Shown here: piece by piece, positions 7,682-15,901 of the stretch
How positions within the stretch are numbered: the stretch's first letter is position 1
How the letters are laid out: every line of letters starts with the position of its first letter
Source of the DNA: Alkalibacter saccharofermentans DSM 14828
Lineage (GTDB): Bacteria; Bacillota; Clostridia; Eubacteriales; Alkalibacteraceae
DNA: 32,000 nucleotides
Direction of reading: 5' to 3'
NCBI RefSeq assembly: GCF_900128885.1
Contig: NZ_FQTU01000002.1
Span: forward strand, 1,385-33,384
Notes under the pieces: generated by a model
The model's database searches: none
What the model was told of the DNA's origin: nothing
The model's input: the letters and a program-made list of their open reading frames with translations, nothing else
Translations under genes and position numbers: made by a program

Positions 7682-8902
7682 CTATAGTCCTCTGCGCCTT
7701 GGCTTTAGCACCTTTGGCTTATTTCCCCATGTGTCAACATCCAAATAACCGTATTTAGCCCTTAAGTGGGTATTTACCTGAAGCTCACATCCGGTTTTAG
7801 TCTCACATTTTTTACATTCAAAACACTGCATGGATTCAAAGCCCCGGGTAAAAGGACATACTGCGATGCAGTTTGCACAACTTGCTCCATTTGTCTGCCA
7901 AAGTCTCAGGCACTTTTCTGCTGATATGTACCATTTTTTTATTCCAGAGTTGTTATTATCACATATCCCATCGTAGCTTTGCTCACCAAAGCTAATAGCA
8001 CTGGACGGACAATGCTCTGCACATAAATGGCAGTTATCACAAAATTCCGGTATCCCAAAGTCTATTGCATGGTCATTTTCAAGGGGCATATCTGTAAGTA
8101 CCTTCATCAGCCTGACATTCGGCCCGAACTCAGGTGTTATAAGGAGTCCCAGTCTACCCAACTGACCTAGCCCTGCCTCAACAGCCAAGGGTATGCTAAG
8201 TGCAGTATCATTCATGCAAGGGATTGCCTGGTATCCCAAACCCCTAATATACTCCGCAAGGGATACCGCCGTGATACCCATTCTGGAATAACCAAGAGAT
8301 GTAGCGGTGCTGGCATCTACCAAAGGTGATGTTTCTATCATTTCGTCATCCATGGCAACGGCCATTACTATGGCTTTGTTTACCTTCCTAGGTATTAAGA
8401 AGGCATCTTCCGTCTCTTGGGGGGAGCCTTCATCTACAATCTCAAAGGACTTGAATAGATCTTTTGAATAGACCCACTTGGGATCAAGACTGGCAATTCC
8501 CACTAGATCAGCTCCATATAAAACTGCTGCTTTTTTCACCATATTTGATAATTCATTGCTTGGCATATTGACGGGATGATTGGCAAGCATATCCGGCACA
8601 AACAGGGGACTCCATTTTAAGAATTGAAAATTCGGAAATCCGTACTCTCCTATAAGCAAGTTGAGTGCATTTGCCCCTAAGTCAAGAGCATTGTCTTCTT
8701 GCCTTCTTCCTTCTTCGCCGCTCATCATTCTTCTGACCATGTTTTCCATCATTTTGTTCATCCAGTGATTGTAACCGATTTCTCCCGCATCCTGAAAACT
8801 CACGGTCACAAATGCCTGCCTGGTAACAGGAAATCTTTCGTACACACCTTCTTTTATATCGATTGGACTTTCGCTTTTTTTCATCTCTTTTCTTGGTATC
8901 AT
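7682..8902 (-). CDS. Reductive-dehalogenase-like (RdhA/QueG superfamily) corrinoid/Fe-S protein. It has no Tat signal.
   Basis: 406 aa with RBS GGGGTGA. Motifs: AGLGQLGRLGLLITPEFGPNVRL, CDNCHLCAEHCP (CxxCxxCxxxCP) and CANCIAVCPF (CxxCxxxCP), as in RdhA and epoxyqueuosine reductase. The N-terminus MIPRKEMKKSESPIDIK has no RRxFLK twin-arginine motif. There is an extra C-terminal CFECKKCETKTGC motif. Confidence 0.65.
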   Translation of the reverse strand: MIPRKEMKKSESPIDIKEGVYERFPVTRQAFVTVSFQDAGEIGYNHWMNKMMENMVRRMMSGEEGRRQEDNALDLGANALNLLIGEYGFPNFQFLKWSPLFVPDMLANHPVNMPSNELSNMVKKAAVLYGADLVGIASLDPKWVYSKDLFKSFEIVDEGSPQETEDAFLIPRKVNKAIVMAVAMDDEMIETSPLVDASTATSLGYSRMGITAVSLAEYIRGLGYQAIPCMNDTALSIPLAVEAGLGQLGRLGLLITPEFGPNVRLMKVLTDMPLENDHAIDFGIPEFCDNCHLCAEHCPSSAISFGEQSYDGICDNNNSGIKKWYISAEKCLRLWQTNGASCANCIAVCPFTRGFESMQCFECKKCETKTGCELQVNTHLRAKYGYLDVDTWGNKPKVLKPRRRGL

Positions 8903-9082
8903 TTTTTCACCCCATATCCATGATTATCATTCTCGTTTAAGTATATCAAAGTTTTAATAAGATTACTTTATTATGCATATAATTATTGGCTTAACTTTAT
9001 TTTTATCAAATTAAATATATATGTTTGCTAAATATTATGATAGAATATATAACTGAGATATTCAATTGAAAGGCGTGAAAGC

Positions 9083-9766
9083 ATGAAAAAGATATCCGCT
9101 GCAGATAAGATTTATCAGGCTGCCAAAAGTTTGTTTTACGAGTCAGGTTATTACGGAACTACTACACGGGATATTACTACAAAATCTTCAACAAATCTGG
9201 GTTTGATTAAATATTACTTTGACAGTAAAAAAGTACTTGCTTACAAAATGATAAGCGAAATTTTTGATGAACTTTTGGGTTCTTTAAACAAATATATCAA
9301 AGCAGATGAAGATCCCTTGTTCTACGCCATGGTGTATACCCATGTATTCATGAGCATGCTCTTCAGTGACGAAAAGGTGGAATCGTTTATAGTAGAGTCT
9401 TTTTCAGATGAGATAATGGAAGAAATTGAGGATGCCTTCTACAGATCTTATCAGTACGACCTCAATTTAAAGATCTTGGAAACTCACGCCTTTTCCCCTG
9501 AGTACAATACGCATCAAACGATACAACTAAACCTATTTTCCTTTCACAATGCAATTAAATCCATCGGAAGGATGCGCCAAAGGGGCCGTATGGATATTAA
9601 CAACGATCAATTCAGGCTTTATATTTTTAAATTGATACTTTTCGGACTGGGCATAAACTTGGATGACGAACAAGAGAGAATGAAGGGTTCTTTTGATCTT
9701 AGCAACAAAATAATAAATGACAACGACCGTCTGAAGATTCCTAGTAAGATTTTTCTAGATGCTTAA
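9083..9766 (+). CDS. TetR/AcrR-family transcriptional regulator
   Basis: 227 aa. The N-terminal HTH region IYQAAKSLFYESGYYGTTTRDITTKSSTNLGLIKYYFDSKK is typical TetR_N. The gene is divergent from the RdhA-like gene. Confidence 0.8.
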   Translation: MKKISAADKIYQAAKSLFYESGYYGTTTRDITTKSSTNLGLIKYYFDSKKVLAYKMISEIFDELLGSLNKYIKADEDPLFYAMVYTHVFMSMLFSDEKVESFIVESFSDEIMEEIEDAFYRSYQYDLNLKILETHAFSPEYNTHQTIQLNLFSFHNAIKSIGRMRQRGRMDINNDQFRLYIFKLILFGLGINLDDEQERMKGSFDLSNKIINDNDRLKIPSKIFLDA

Positions 9767-9774
9767 AATACAAA

Positions 9775-9805
9775 CCCCTGCCAAAATATCTGGCAGGGGT
9801 TTTTT
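9775..9805. terminator. Bidirectional intrinsic terminator between tetR and the large oxidoreductase gene
   Basis: CCCCTGCCA (9775-9783) / TGGCAGGGG (9791-9799), followed by TTTTTT on the plus strand. On the minus strand the same hairpin is followed by TTTGTATTTT. Confidence 0.8.
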
Positions 9806-9808
9806 GAC

Positions 9809-12800
9809 TTAAAGTGTCTCTGTAATTTTTCCAAACTCTTTTTCCACAAAATCTGTAGAAATTCTCGGTTCGAACATCTTGCCTTCCTCTACAACTAAAA
9901 GGTTGGCTTTTTTATCTTCAGTAGCAAATCCATCCATATATAGCACATCAGATTCGCCAACCGGCCATATTGAACCGCTTTTTGCAAGGTATGCTCCTTT
10001 ATAAACAGGTATAGCCTTGGATAGCTCTTCCATTATGTCTTCAACTGATGCAAAGGGATTTTGTTCTCCCAACACAACCGTAAGGTTGGTCATTATCTCC
10101 CAATTTGACTTTCCGGACAGCGCCGTTATTGCAGGGGCTATCTTTTGAATCCTTCTTTCAGAGTTAGTAAAAGTTCCCTCTGATTCAGCCCAGCTGACAG
10201 CAGGAATTACCACATCTGCCTTTTGTGCAGTTGGTGTTAGGTACAGGTCTTGAACCATCAAGAATTCTAGATTATCAGTCTTTTTGCCTTCAACATCCTC
10301 TCCAAAAATCATAAGTCCTTTCAAGGTTTTATCTTCTATGGCTTTTTCAATTACCTTGTTATCTTTATTGACTCCCATATCCGAAAGACCTTGGCTGTTG
10401 TTTTTAGGCTTTAGCTGTATTATTCCCCTTCTGGGAAGTCCTATCTTTCCAGCCACTACGGCAATATCCGCAATTAGCCTTGCAGCTCCAGCCGTTACGT
10501 AATTTTGATCAAATACGATAATGGCTTTTTGAGCATCTTTGTATTCTTTTGCCATTGCTTTTGCATCACTAGAAACCTCTACTGCTGCAAGTGAGCTTTT
10601 CAGTTCTTCAAATCCTTCGGCATTTTTCGGTTCGCATCCCATATCTATAAGAGCTTTGAGCATCTCTTTAAGCAGGGTCAAGTCCTCTGTTTCAATCTTT
10701 CTGTTAGCCCATTCGTCAGCCTGTGTTTCTATGTTGTTCACGACAGTAAGCTTGGCACCGTTTCTGAGACCTTCCCTTACCTTTAAGGCGGCAATGGTAT
10801 GGTCCTTCATTATGTCTCCACCTACCAATAGAATCATATTGGTGGATTTTAACTCTTCAAAGGTATTTGTTGAAGCGTCCATGCCAAGAACTTCTTCAAT
10901 CCCTCCGTAATTTCTGTTAAATGATGTAATATTATCAGTAGACAGGTAATCCCTTGCCAGCTTCTTCGCCAGGTATATCTCTTCATTTGTATATCTGTCA
11001 GATACAGCTACCGCTACAGCATCCTTGCCATAAAGCATCCTTAGGCTTTGCATCTTTTTAGCTGCAGTCCTTATGGCTTCATCCCAGCTAACTTCTACCA
11101 GTTTGCCCTCTTTTTTAACCATTGGCTTAGTAAGTCTGCTCTTTTGGTTTGATGCATCGTAACCGAATCTTCCTTTGACGCATAGGAGGCCTTTATCGAC
11201 TGTACTGTCTTTATCCGGGAGCACTCTATATATCTTATCTCCCTTAGCCTGTACGCTTACGTTGCAGCCAACTGAGCAGAAGGAGCATACTGACTTTGTT
11301 TCTACCTGTTCAACAGGTACCGGTTTTGTCATTTGAAGTCTTTCCTGCAATGCTCCTACCGGGCAAACGCTTATGCACTGCCCACATGAGATGCAGTTCG
11401 TTTCAGCAAGGGGCAGATTAAGTGCCGGTTTGACTGCTGTATCAAATCCTCTGTCAACAAGGCCTAAAGCTCCATTATCCATTACTTCGTCACATACTCT
11501 CACGCAAAGTCCGCAAAGTATGCACTTGTCGGAGTTTCTGACGATAAATGGGTGGTTGTCATCATGTTCACGGGAGTGAACTTCTCCCTCGTATATTTCC
11601 GGACTTACGTCATAACTATTAGAATAATCTATCAACTTGCATTCGAATACGTCTCCGCAGCCACACTCAAGACATCTTTTTGCATCTTCCATTGCCTGCT
11701 CAGGAGTATATCCTGCAACAACCTCTTCGAAGTTTTTCTTCCTCTCTTCAGCAGACAGGTGCCCCATGTGAGGTCTCTTAGCCTTTTCCCTATCTTTGAA
11801 AGTCTCTTCTGTTATATCTTCTCTCTTAACCCAGTATGGCTCAGTGAATGAAATCTCTTGACCTTTTAAATATTCATCAATTACGATTGCGGCCTTCTTT
11901 GCATCGCCAATGGCTTCTATCGCTATTCCTGCGCCATCATTGATTGCATCTCCTCCCGCAAAAACCCCCTTCATGCTTGTTGTAAAAGTGGTCTCATCTG
12001 TAACTATTGTATTCCAATTGGTCGCCTTAAGGTTTTCAAACCCAGCAAGGTCCACACCCTGGCCTATGGCGCCTATTACAAGGTCTACGTCAATTGTTTC
12101 TTCTTCGCCCACAATCGGTACAGGTCTTCTTCTTCCGCTTGCATCAGGCTCACCAAGCTGCATTTTCTGCAATCTGACCTTCTTTGCCTTTCCATCCTCC
12201 TCAATTATCTCAACAGGCGCAACAAGGTATTTAAATATTACACCCTCTTCTTCCGCTTCGATAATTTCAATATCTTCTGCAGGCATTTCATCCCTGGTTC
12301 TTCTATATAATATGTAAACCTCTTTTGCTCCAAGCCTTACTGCTGTTCTGCAGGCATCCATTGCCGTGTTTCCCCCACCGACTACTGCTACCTTGCTGCC
12401 AATCTCAATCGGTTCATTTAAAGTCACTTTTCTTAAAAAATCTATCCCGCCAATTACTCCAGGAAGTTCTTCTCCAGGACATCTCATTTTTGAGCTTGTC
12501 CAGGCTCCTACTGCCACATATACTGCATCATACTGATTTTGAAGATATTCAAAGTCGATATCTCGTCCTATCTTCATGTTGTTCAGCATTTTTGCACCCA
12601 TCTTTTCGATGATTGCAACCTCTTGATCTACTATGTCTTTAGGTAGCCTGTATTGGGGTATCCCGTATCTAAGCATCCCTCCCATCTGTGGCATGGCATC
12701 GTAAATTGTAACATCGTGACCCATCCCGAGAAGGTAATATGCGGCGCTTAGTCCTCCTGGACCTCCACCAATTATACCGACTTTCTTGCCAGTCGATGGA

Positions 12801-13366
12801 GAAATCTCCGGTATGAATAGATCCTTGTCTTCAAGGTCTATGTCTGCTACAAATCTCTTAAGCCAAGCTATAGATATAGGCTCTTCTATAAGCTGTCTTC
12901 TACATGCTGTTTCGCATGGATGAGGACATACCCTTCCTATTGCCGCAGGAAGAGGCAGCTGTTCCTTGATAAGTTCCAAGGCTTCTCTAAACTGACCGTT
13001 CGCGATTAGTCCAACGTATCCCTGACAATCCGTATTTCCCGGGCATGCCAAGGTACATGGCGCCTTGCAGTCTCCTGTATGATCTGAAAGCAAAAGCTCC
13101 AAAGCGGTCTTTCTGCTTTCCTTTGTCCTATTGGTATTTGTTTTTATTATCATTCCATCTGACGCTTTTGTTGCGCAAGATCTTAAAAGCTTAGGCACTC
13201 CTTCAACTTCCACGACACACAATCCGCAAGAACCGTAAATCTCAACTCTCTCGTCATAACAAAGAGTCGGAATCTCAATGCCATTTTCCCTGGCGATCTG
13301 AAGAATCGTCTGATCGCTGGTGCCCTGGACTTCTATTCCATTTATATTCATTCGTATCAAAGACAT
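9809..13366 (-). CDS. Giant fusion subunit, in order: [2Fe-2S] ferredoxin, GltD-like FAD/NAD(P)H module, NuoG-type Fe-S clusters, degenerate formate-dehydrogenase-like molybdopterin domain
   Basis: 1185 aa with RBS AGGAGTG. N-terminal 2Fe-2S region: CYDERVEIYGSCGLCVV. GltD-like region: CPHPCETACRR, GKKVGIIGGGPGGLSAAYYL, VAVVGGGNTAMD. NuoG His-cluster: HPFIVRNSDKCILCGLCVRVCDE, followed by CISCGQCISVCP. Molybdopterin Fe4S4 motif: CSFCSVGCNVSV. The position aligned with the FDH [8 protein letters not shown] active site reads SFNRNYGG (nt 10901-10924). Confidence 0.75.
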   Translation of the reverse strand: MSLIRMNINGIEVQGTSDQTILQIARENGIEIPTLCYDERVEIYGSCGLCVVEVEGVPKLLRSCATKASDGMIIKTNTNRTKESRKTALELLLSDHTGDCKAPCTLACPGNTDCQGYVGLIANGQFREALELIKEQLPLPAAIGRVCPHPCETACRRQLIEEPISIAWLKRFVADIDLEDKDLFIPEISPSTGKKVGIIGGGPGGLSAAYYLLGMGHDVTIYDAMPQMGGMLRYGIPQYRLPKDIVDQEVAIIEKMGAKMLNNMKIGRDIDFEYLQNQYDAVYVAVGAWTSSKMRCPGEELPGVIGGIDFLRKVTLNEPIEIGSKVAVVGGGNTAMDACRTAVRLGAKEVYILYRRTRDEMPAEDIEIIEAEEEGVIFKYLVAPVEIIEEDGKAKKVRLQKMQLGEPDASGRRRPVPIVGEEETIDVDLVIGAIGQGVDLAGFENLKATNWNTIVTDETTFTTSMKGVFAGGDAINDGAGIAIEAIGDAKKAAIVIDEYLKGQEISFTEPYWVKREDITEETFKDREKAKRPHMGHLSAEERKKNFEEVVAGYTPEQAMEDAKRCLECGCGDVFECKLIDYSNSYDVSPEIYEGEVHSREHDDNHPFIVRNSDKCILCGLCVRVCDEVMDNGALGLVDRGFDTAVKPALNLPLAETNCISCGQCISVCPVGALQERLQMTKPVPVEQVETKSVCSFCSVGCNVSVQAKGDKIYRVLPDKDSTVDKGLLCVKGRFGYDASNQKSRLTKPMVKKEGKLVEVSWDEAIRTAAKKMQSLRMLYGKDAVAVAVSDRYTNEEIYLAKKLARDYLSTDNITSFNRNYGGIEEVLGMDASTNTFEELKSTNMILLVGGDIMKDHTIAALKVREGLRNGAKLTVVNNIETQADEWANRKIETEDLTLLKEMLKALIDMGCEPKNAEGFEELKSSLAAVEVSSDAKAMAKEYKDAQKAIIVFDQNYVTAGAARLIADIAVVAGKIGLPRRGIIQLKPKNNSQGLSDMGVNKDNKVIEKAIEDKTLKGLMIFGEDVEGKKTDNLEFLMVQDLYLTPTAQKADVVIPAVSWAESEGTFTNSERRIQKIAPAITALSGKSNWEIMTNLTVVLGEQNPFASVEDIMEELSKAIPVYKGAYLAKSGSIWPVGESDVLYMDGFATEDKKANLLVVEEGKMFEPRISTDFVEKEFGKITETL

Positions 13367-13384
13367 TTATTTCACTCCTATCCC

Positions 13385-15133
13385 TTATTCCACTATTACC
13401 GCATTAAATTTGCACACATCGTAACATTTTCCGCACTTGATACATAGCTCCTGGTCAATAATATGAACTTCCTTGCGACTTCCAGTAATGGCATCTACCG
13501 GACAGTTCTTAGCGCACAGCGTGCAACCTACGCAGTTTTCTTCGGATATTGTATAGGTAACGAGATTTTTACATTGTTTTGATGGGCACTTCTTATCATT
13601 TATATGAGCCTCGTATTCGTCCCTGAAGTATCTGATGGTACTTAAGACCGGATTGGGTGCTGTTTGGCCAAGGCCACATAAAGATCCGTCCTTTATCTGC
13701 ACTGCGAGGTATTCCAAAAGTTCAATATCTCCTTTTTTACCTTCGCCTTCAGTAATCCTTTCAAGTATCTCAAGCATCCTCTTTGTCCCCATACGGCAGT
13801 GGATACACTTTCCGCAGGACTCTTTCCTTGTGAAGTCTAGAAAAAACTTAGCCATTTCCACCATGCAAGTGGTCTCATCCATTACCACCATTCCGCCAGA
13901 ACCCATTATGGCACCGGTCTTTGTGATGGATTCGTAGTCTACAGACGTGTCCACCAGCTCAGCAGGAATACATCCTCCAGAGGGTCCGCCCATCTGAACA
14001 GCTTTAAATGCCTTGTCATTTAGTATTCCGCCACCGATATCAAATATGATATCCTTGATCGGAATCCCCATAGGAACTTCAACAAGTCCGCCTTTTTTTA
14101 TCTTTCCGGTAAGGGCAAAAACCTTTGTTCCCTTGCTCTTTTCAGTTCCCATTGCAGCGTAAGCTGCTCCACCGTTGTTAATTATCCAAGGTACGTTTGC
14201 AAAGGTCTCAACGTTATTTATATTTGTAGGCTTTGCCCAGTAGCCCTTTTGTGCGGGAAATGGAGGTTTTAGCCTAGGCATGCCCCTTTCTCCTTCCAAT
14301 GATGCTATAAGGGCAGTTTCTTCGCCACAAACGAAGGCTCCAGCACCAGCCTTTATCCTCATATCAAAGTCAAAGCCCATGCCAAGGATATTTTTGCCCA
14401 ACAAGCCTTTTTCTCTCGCTTGATCCATTGCCTTTTCAAGCCTCTTAATTGCAAGAGGATACTCCGCCCTTACATATATTATGCCTTCCTCTGACCCTAT
14501 TGCATAAGCTCCGATCATCATTCCTTCTATGAGGTTATGGGGGTCTCCTTCAAGTATGCTCCTGTCCATGAACGCACCAGGGTCTCCCTCATCAGCATTG
14601 CATACCATGTATTTTGGCGTCTCGTTTTGCTGATAAGCTGCATTCCACTTAAACCATGTAGGAAATCCTGCTCCACCACGGCCTCTAAGACCTGATACCT
14701 TCATCTCTTCTATGACTTCTTCGGGGCTCAAATCTTTAAGACATTTTTCAATGGCCTTGTACCCGCCATTTGCAAGGTACTCCTCTATGTCTTCAGGATC
14801 TATATAGCCACATCTTCCAGTGGCGATTTTTACCTGCTTTTCTTGAGACTCTTTATCTATTTGCGATATAAGATATCCTTCTGATTTGCCTTTATTTAAT
14901 ATATCGTCGAGGAATTCTGCTATCTTATCCGCAGGCACTTTTACATATCTGTGCATATTTCCCTCGTCGTCATATATGTCCACTATAGGTTCCAGGTGGC
15001 ACATACCTACACAGCCTGTTATTTCCAGGTTTATATTTAGGTTTTTCGCGCCGATTTCCTTTTCAAACTGCTCAAAAACCTTTCCGGCACCCGCCGCTAT
15101 GCCACAGCTTCCTAATCCTACTACAGCCTTCAT
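13385..15133 (-). CDS. NuoF/HydB-like flavin (FMN)/NADH subunit with an N-terminal thioredoxin-like 2Fe-2S domain and a C-terminal 2x[4Fe-4S] domain
   Basis: Motifs: GRGGAGFPT, ESCGKCIHCR, and C-terminal CVGCTLCAKNCP and CIKCGKCYDVC. The track ORF starts at 15157 inside the upstream gene. I place the start at ATG 15133-15131 (MKAVVGLGSCG), 6 nt after AGGAGG and 1 nt after the NuoE-like stop. Confidence 0.85.
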   Translation of the reverse strand: MKAVVGLGSCGIAAGAGKVFEQFEKEIGAKNLNINLEITGCVGMCHLEPIVDIYDDEGNMHRYVKVPADKIAEFLDDILNKGKSEGYLISQIDKESQEKQVKIATGRCGYIDPEDIEEYLANGGYKAIEKCLKDLSPEEVIEEMKVSGLRGRGGAGFPTWFKWNAAYQQNETPKYMVCNADEGDPGAFMDRSILEGDPHNLIEGMMIGAYAIGSEEGIIYVRAEYPLAIKRLEKAMDQAREKGLLGKNILGMGFDFDMRIKAGAGAFVCGEETALIASLEGERGMPRLKPPFPAQKGYWAKPTNINNVETFANVPWIINNGGAAYAAMGTEKSKGTKVFALTGKIKKGGLVEVPMGIPIKDIIFDIGGGILNDKAFKAVQMGGPSGGCIPAELVDTSVDYESITKTGAIMGSGGMVVMDETTCMVEMAKFFLDFTRKESCGKCIHCRMGTKRMLEILERITEGEGKKGDIELLEYLAVQIKDGSLCGLGQTAPNPVLSTIRYFRDEYEAHINDKKCPSKQCKNLVTYTISEENCVGCTLCAKNCPVDAITGSRKEVHIIDQELCIKCGKCYDVCKFNAVIVE

Positions 15134-15134
15134 G

Positions 15135-15671
15135 TTATGCCTCCTTTCCCGCTTCATGATCTGTCTTTATTTGCTTTAATATTTCTTTTGTCTTTTGGGG
15201 CGTTAGATTCCCGTAAGTCTCTCCGTTAATCATCATAACCGGAGAAAGGCTACAGCAACCTAGACATGCCACGTTGTTTAAAGTAAACAGTCCATCTGGA
15301 GTAGTTTCTCCCTCTTTTACACCTAGCTCTTCTACTATAGCTTCTTCGATCGTCTTGGCTCCGTTTACATGGCATGCCGTTCCCTGGCATAGCATTACAA
15401 GATTCTCTCCTACAGGCTCTAGCCTGAACTGAGTGTAAAATGTAGCTACTCCATATACTTTTGCACTGTTAACCTTTGTGACTTCAGCAATATAGTCAAG
15501 CATAGGCAAAGATAGATACCCATATACATCTTGAGCCTTTTGCAGTATTGTTATCAAGCTGCCCTTTACATCCTTGTATTTTGCCAGTATCATGTCAAGC
15601 TCGGCTAAGTCAACTTGGATGTCATTAAATCTCGACTTTAAATCTTGTGCTCCGCAACAATCCATATCCAT
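15135..15671 (-). CDS. NuoE/HydC-like [2Fe-2S] subunit
   Basis: Motifs CQGTACHVNG and CLGCCSLSPV of the thioredoxin-like 2Fe-2S fold. Judged by RBS AAGGAG spacing, the start may be the third codon (ATG 15665). Confidence 0.85.
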   Translation of the reverse strand: MDMDCCGAQDLKSRFNDIQVDLAELDMILAKYKDVKGSLITILQKAQDVYGYLSLPMLDYIAEVTKVNSAKVYGVATFYTQFRLEPVGENLVMLCQGTACHVNGAKTIEEAIVEELGVKEGETTPDGLFTLNNVACLGCCSLSPVMMINGETYGNLTPQKTKEILKQIKTDHEAGKEA

Positions 15672-15872
15672 AACTCCTTATTCTTTATTTTAATAAAAAT
15701 ATGCATTATTTCAATTATATCAAATCTTCCTTTTCTTAAAAGGTTTTTTTGCATTTATATGCTTTATTTTTTACCTTTGATTGCGTTTACATCTCTGCCG
15801 ACTGAGTATATATGCAAACCATCATTCTAAAATGCAAATATTCTCCAACTTATGCATTGAAGTCTTTCCATT

Positions 15873-15895
15873 AAAAAAAGACGGATTTCTCCGCC
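15873..15895 (-). terminator. Intrinsic terminator after ptsG
   Basis: On the minus strand: GGCGGA-GAAA-TCCGTC hairpin followed by TTTTTTT. Confidence 0.6.
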
Positions 15896-15901
15896 TTTAC
15901 T

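Noticed and set aside
10284-12612. Chain of plus-strand ORFs (10284-10502, 10539-10910, 11373-11851, 11910-12317, 12325-12612)
   Set aside because: All are antisense to the 1185-aa oxidoreductase and Ser/Pro/Leu-rich, with no starts supported by an RBS. They are spurious.
9809-13366. Calling the 1185-aa protein formate dehydrogenase alpha subunit, or glutamate synthase small subunit
   Set aside because: The FDH-like module lacks the Sec/Cys-His dyad and most of the cap domain. The GltD-like module is embedded in a NuoG-type cluster chain and sits in an operon with NuoE/NuoF-like genes. Neither single-enzyme label fits.
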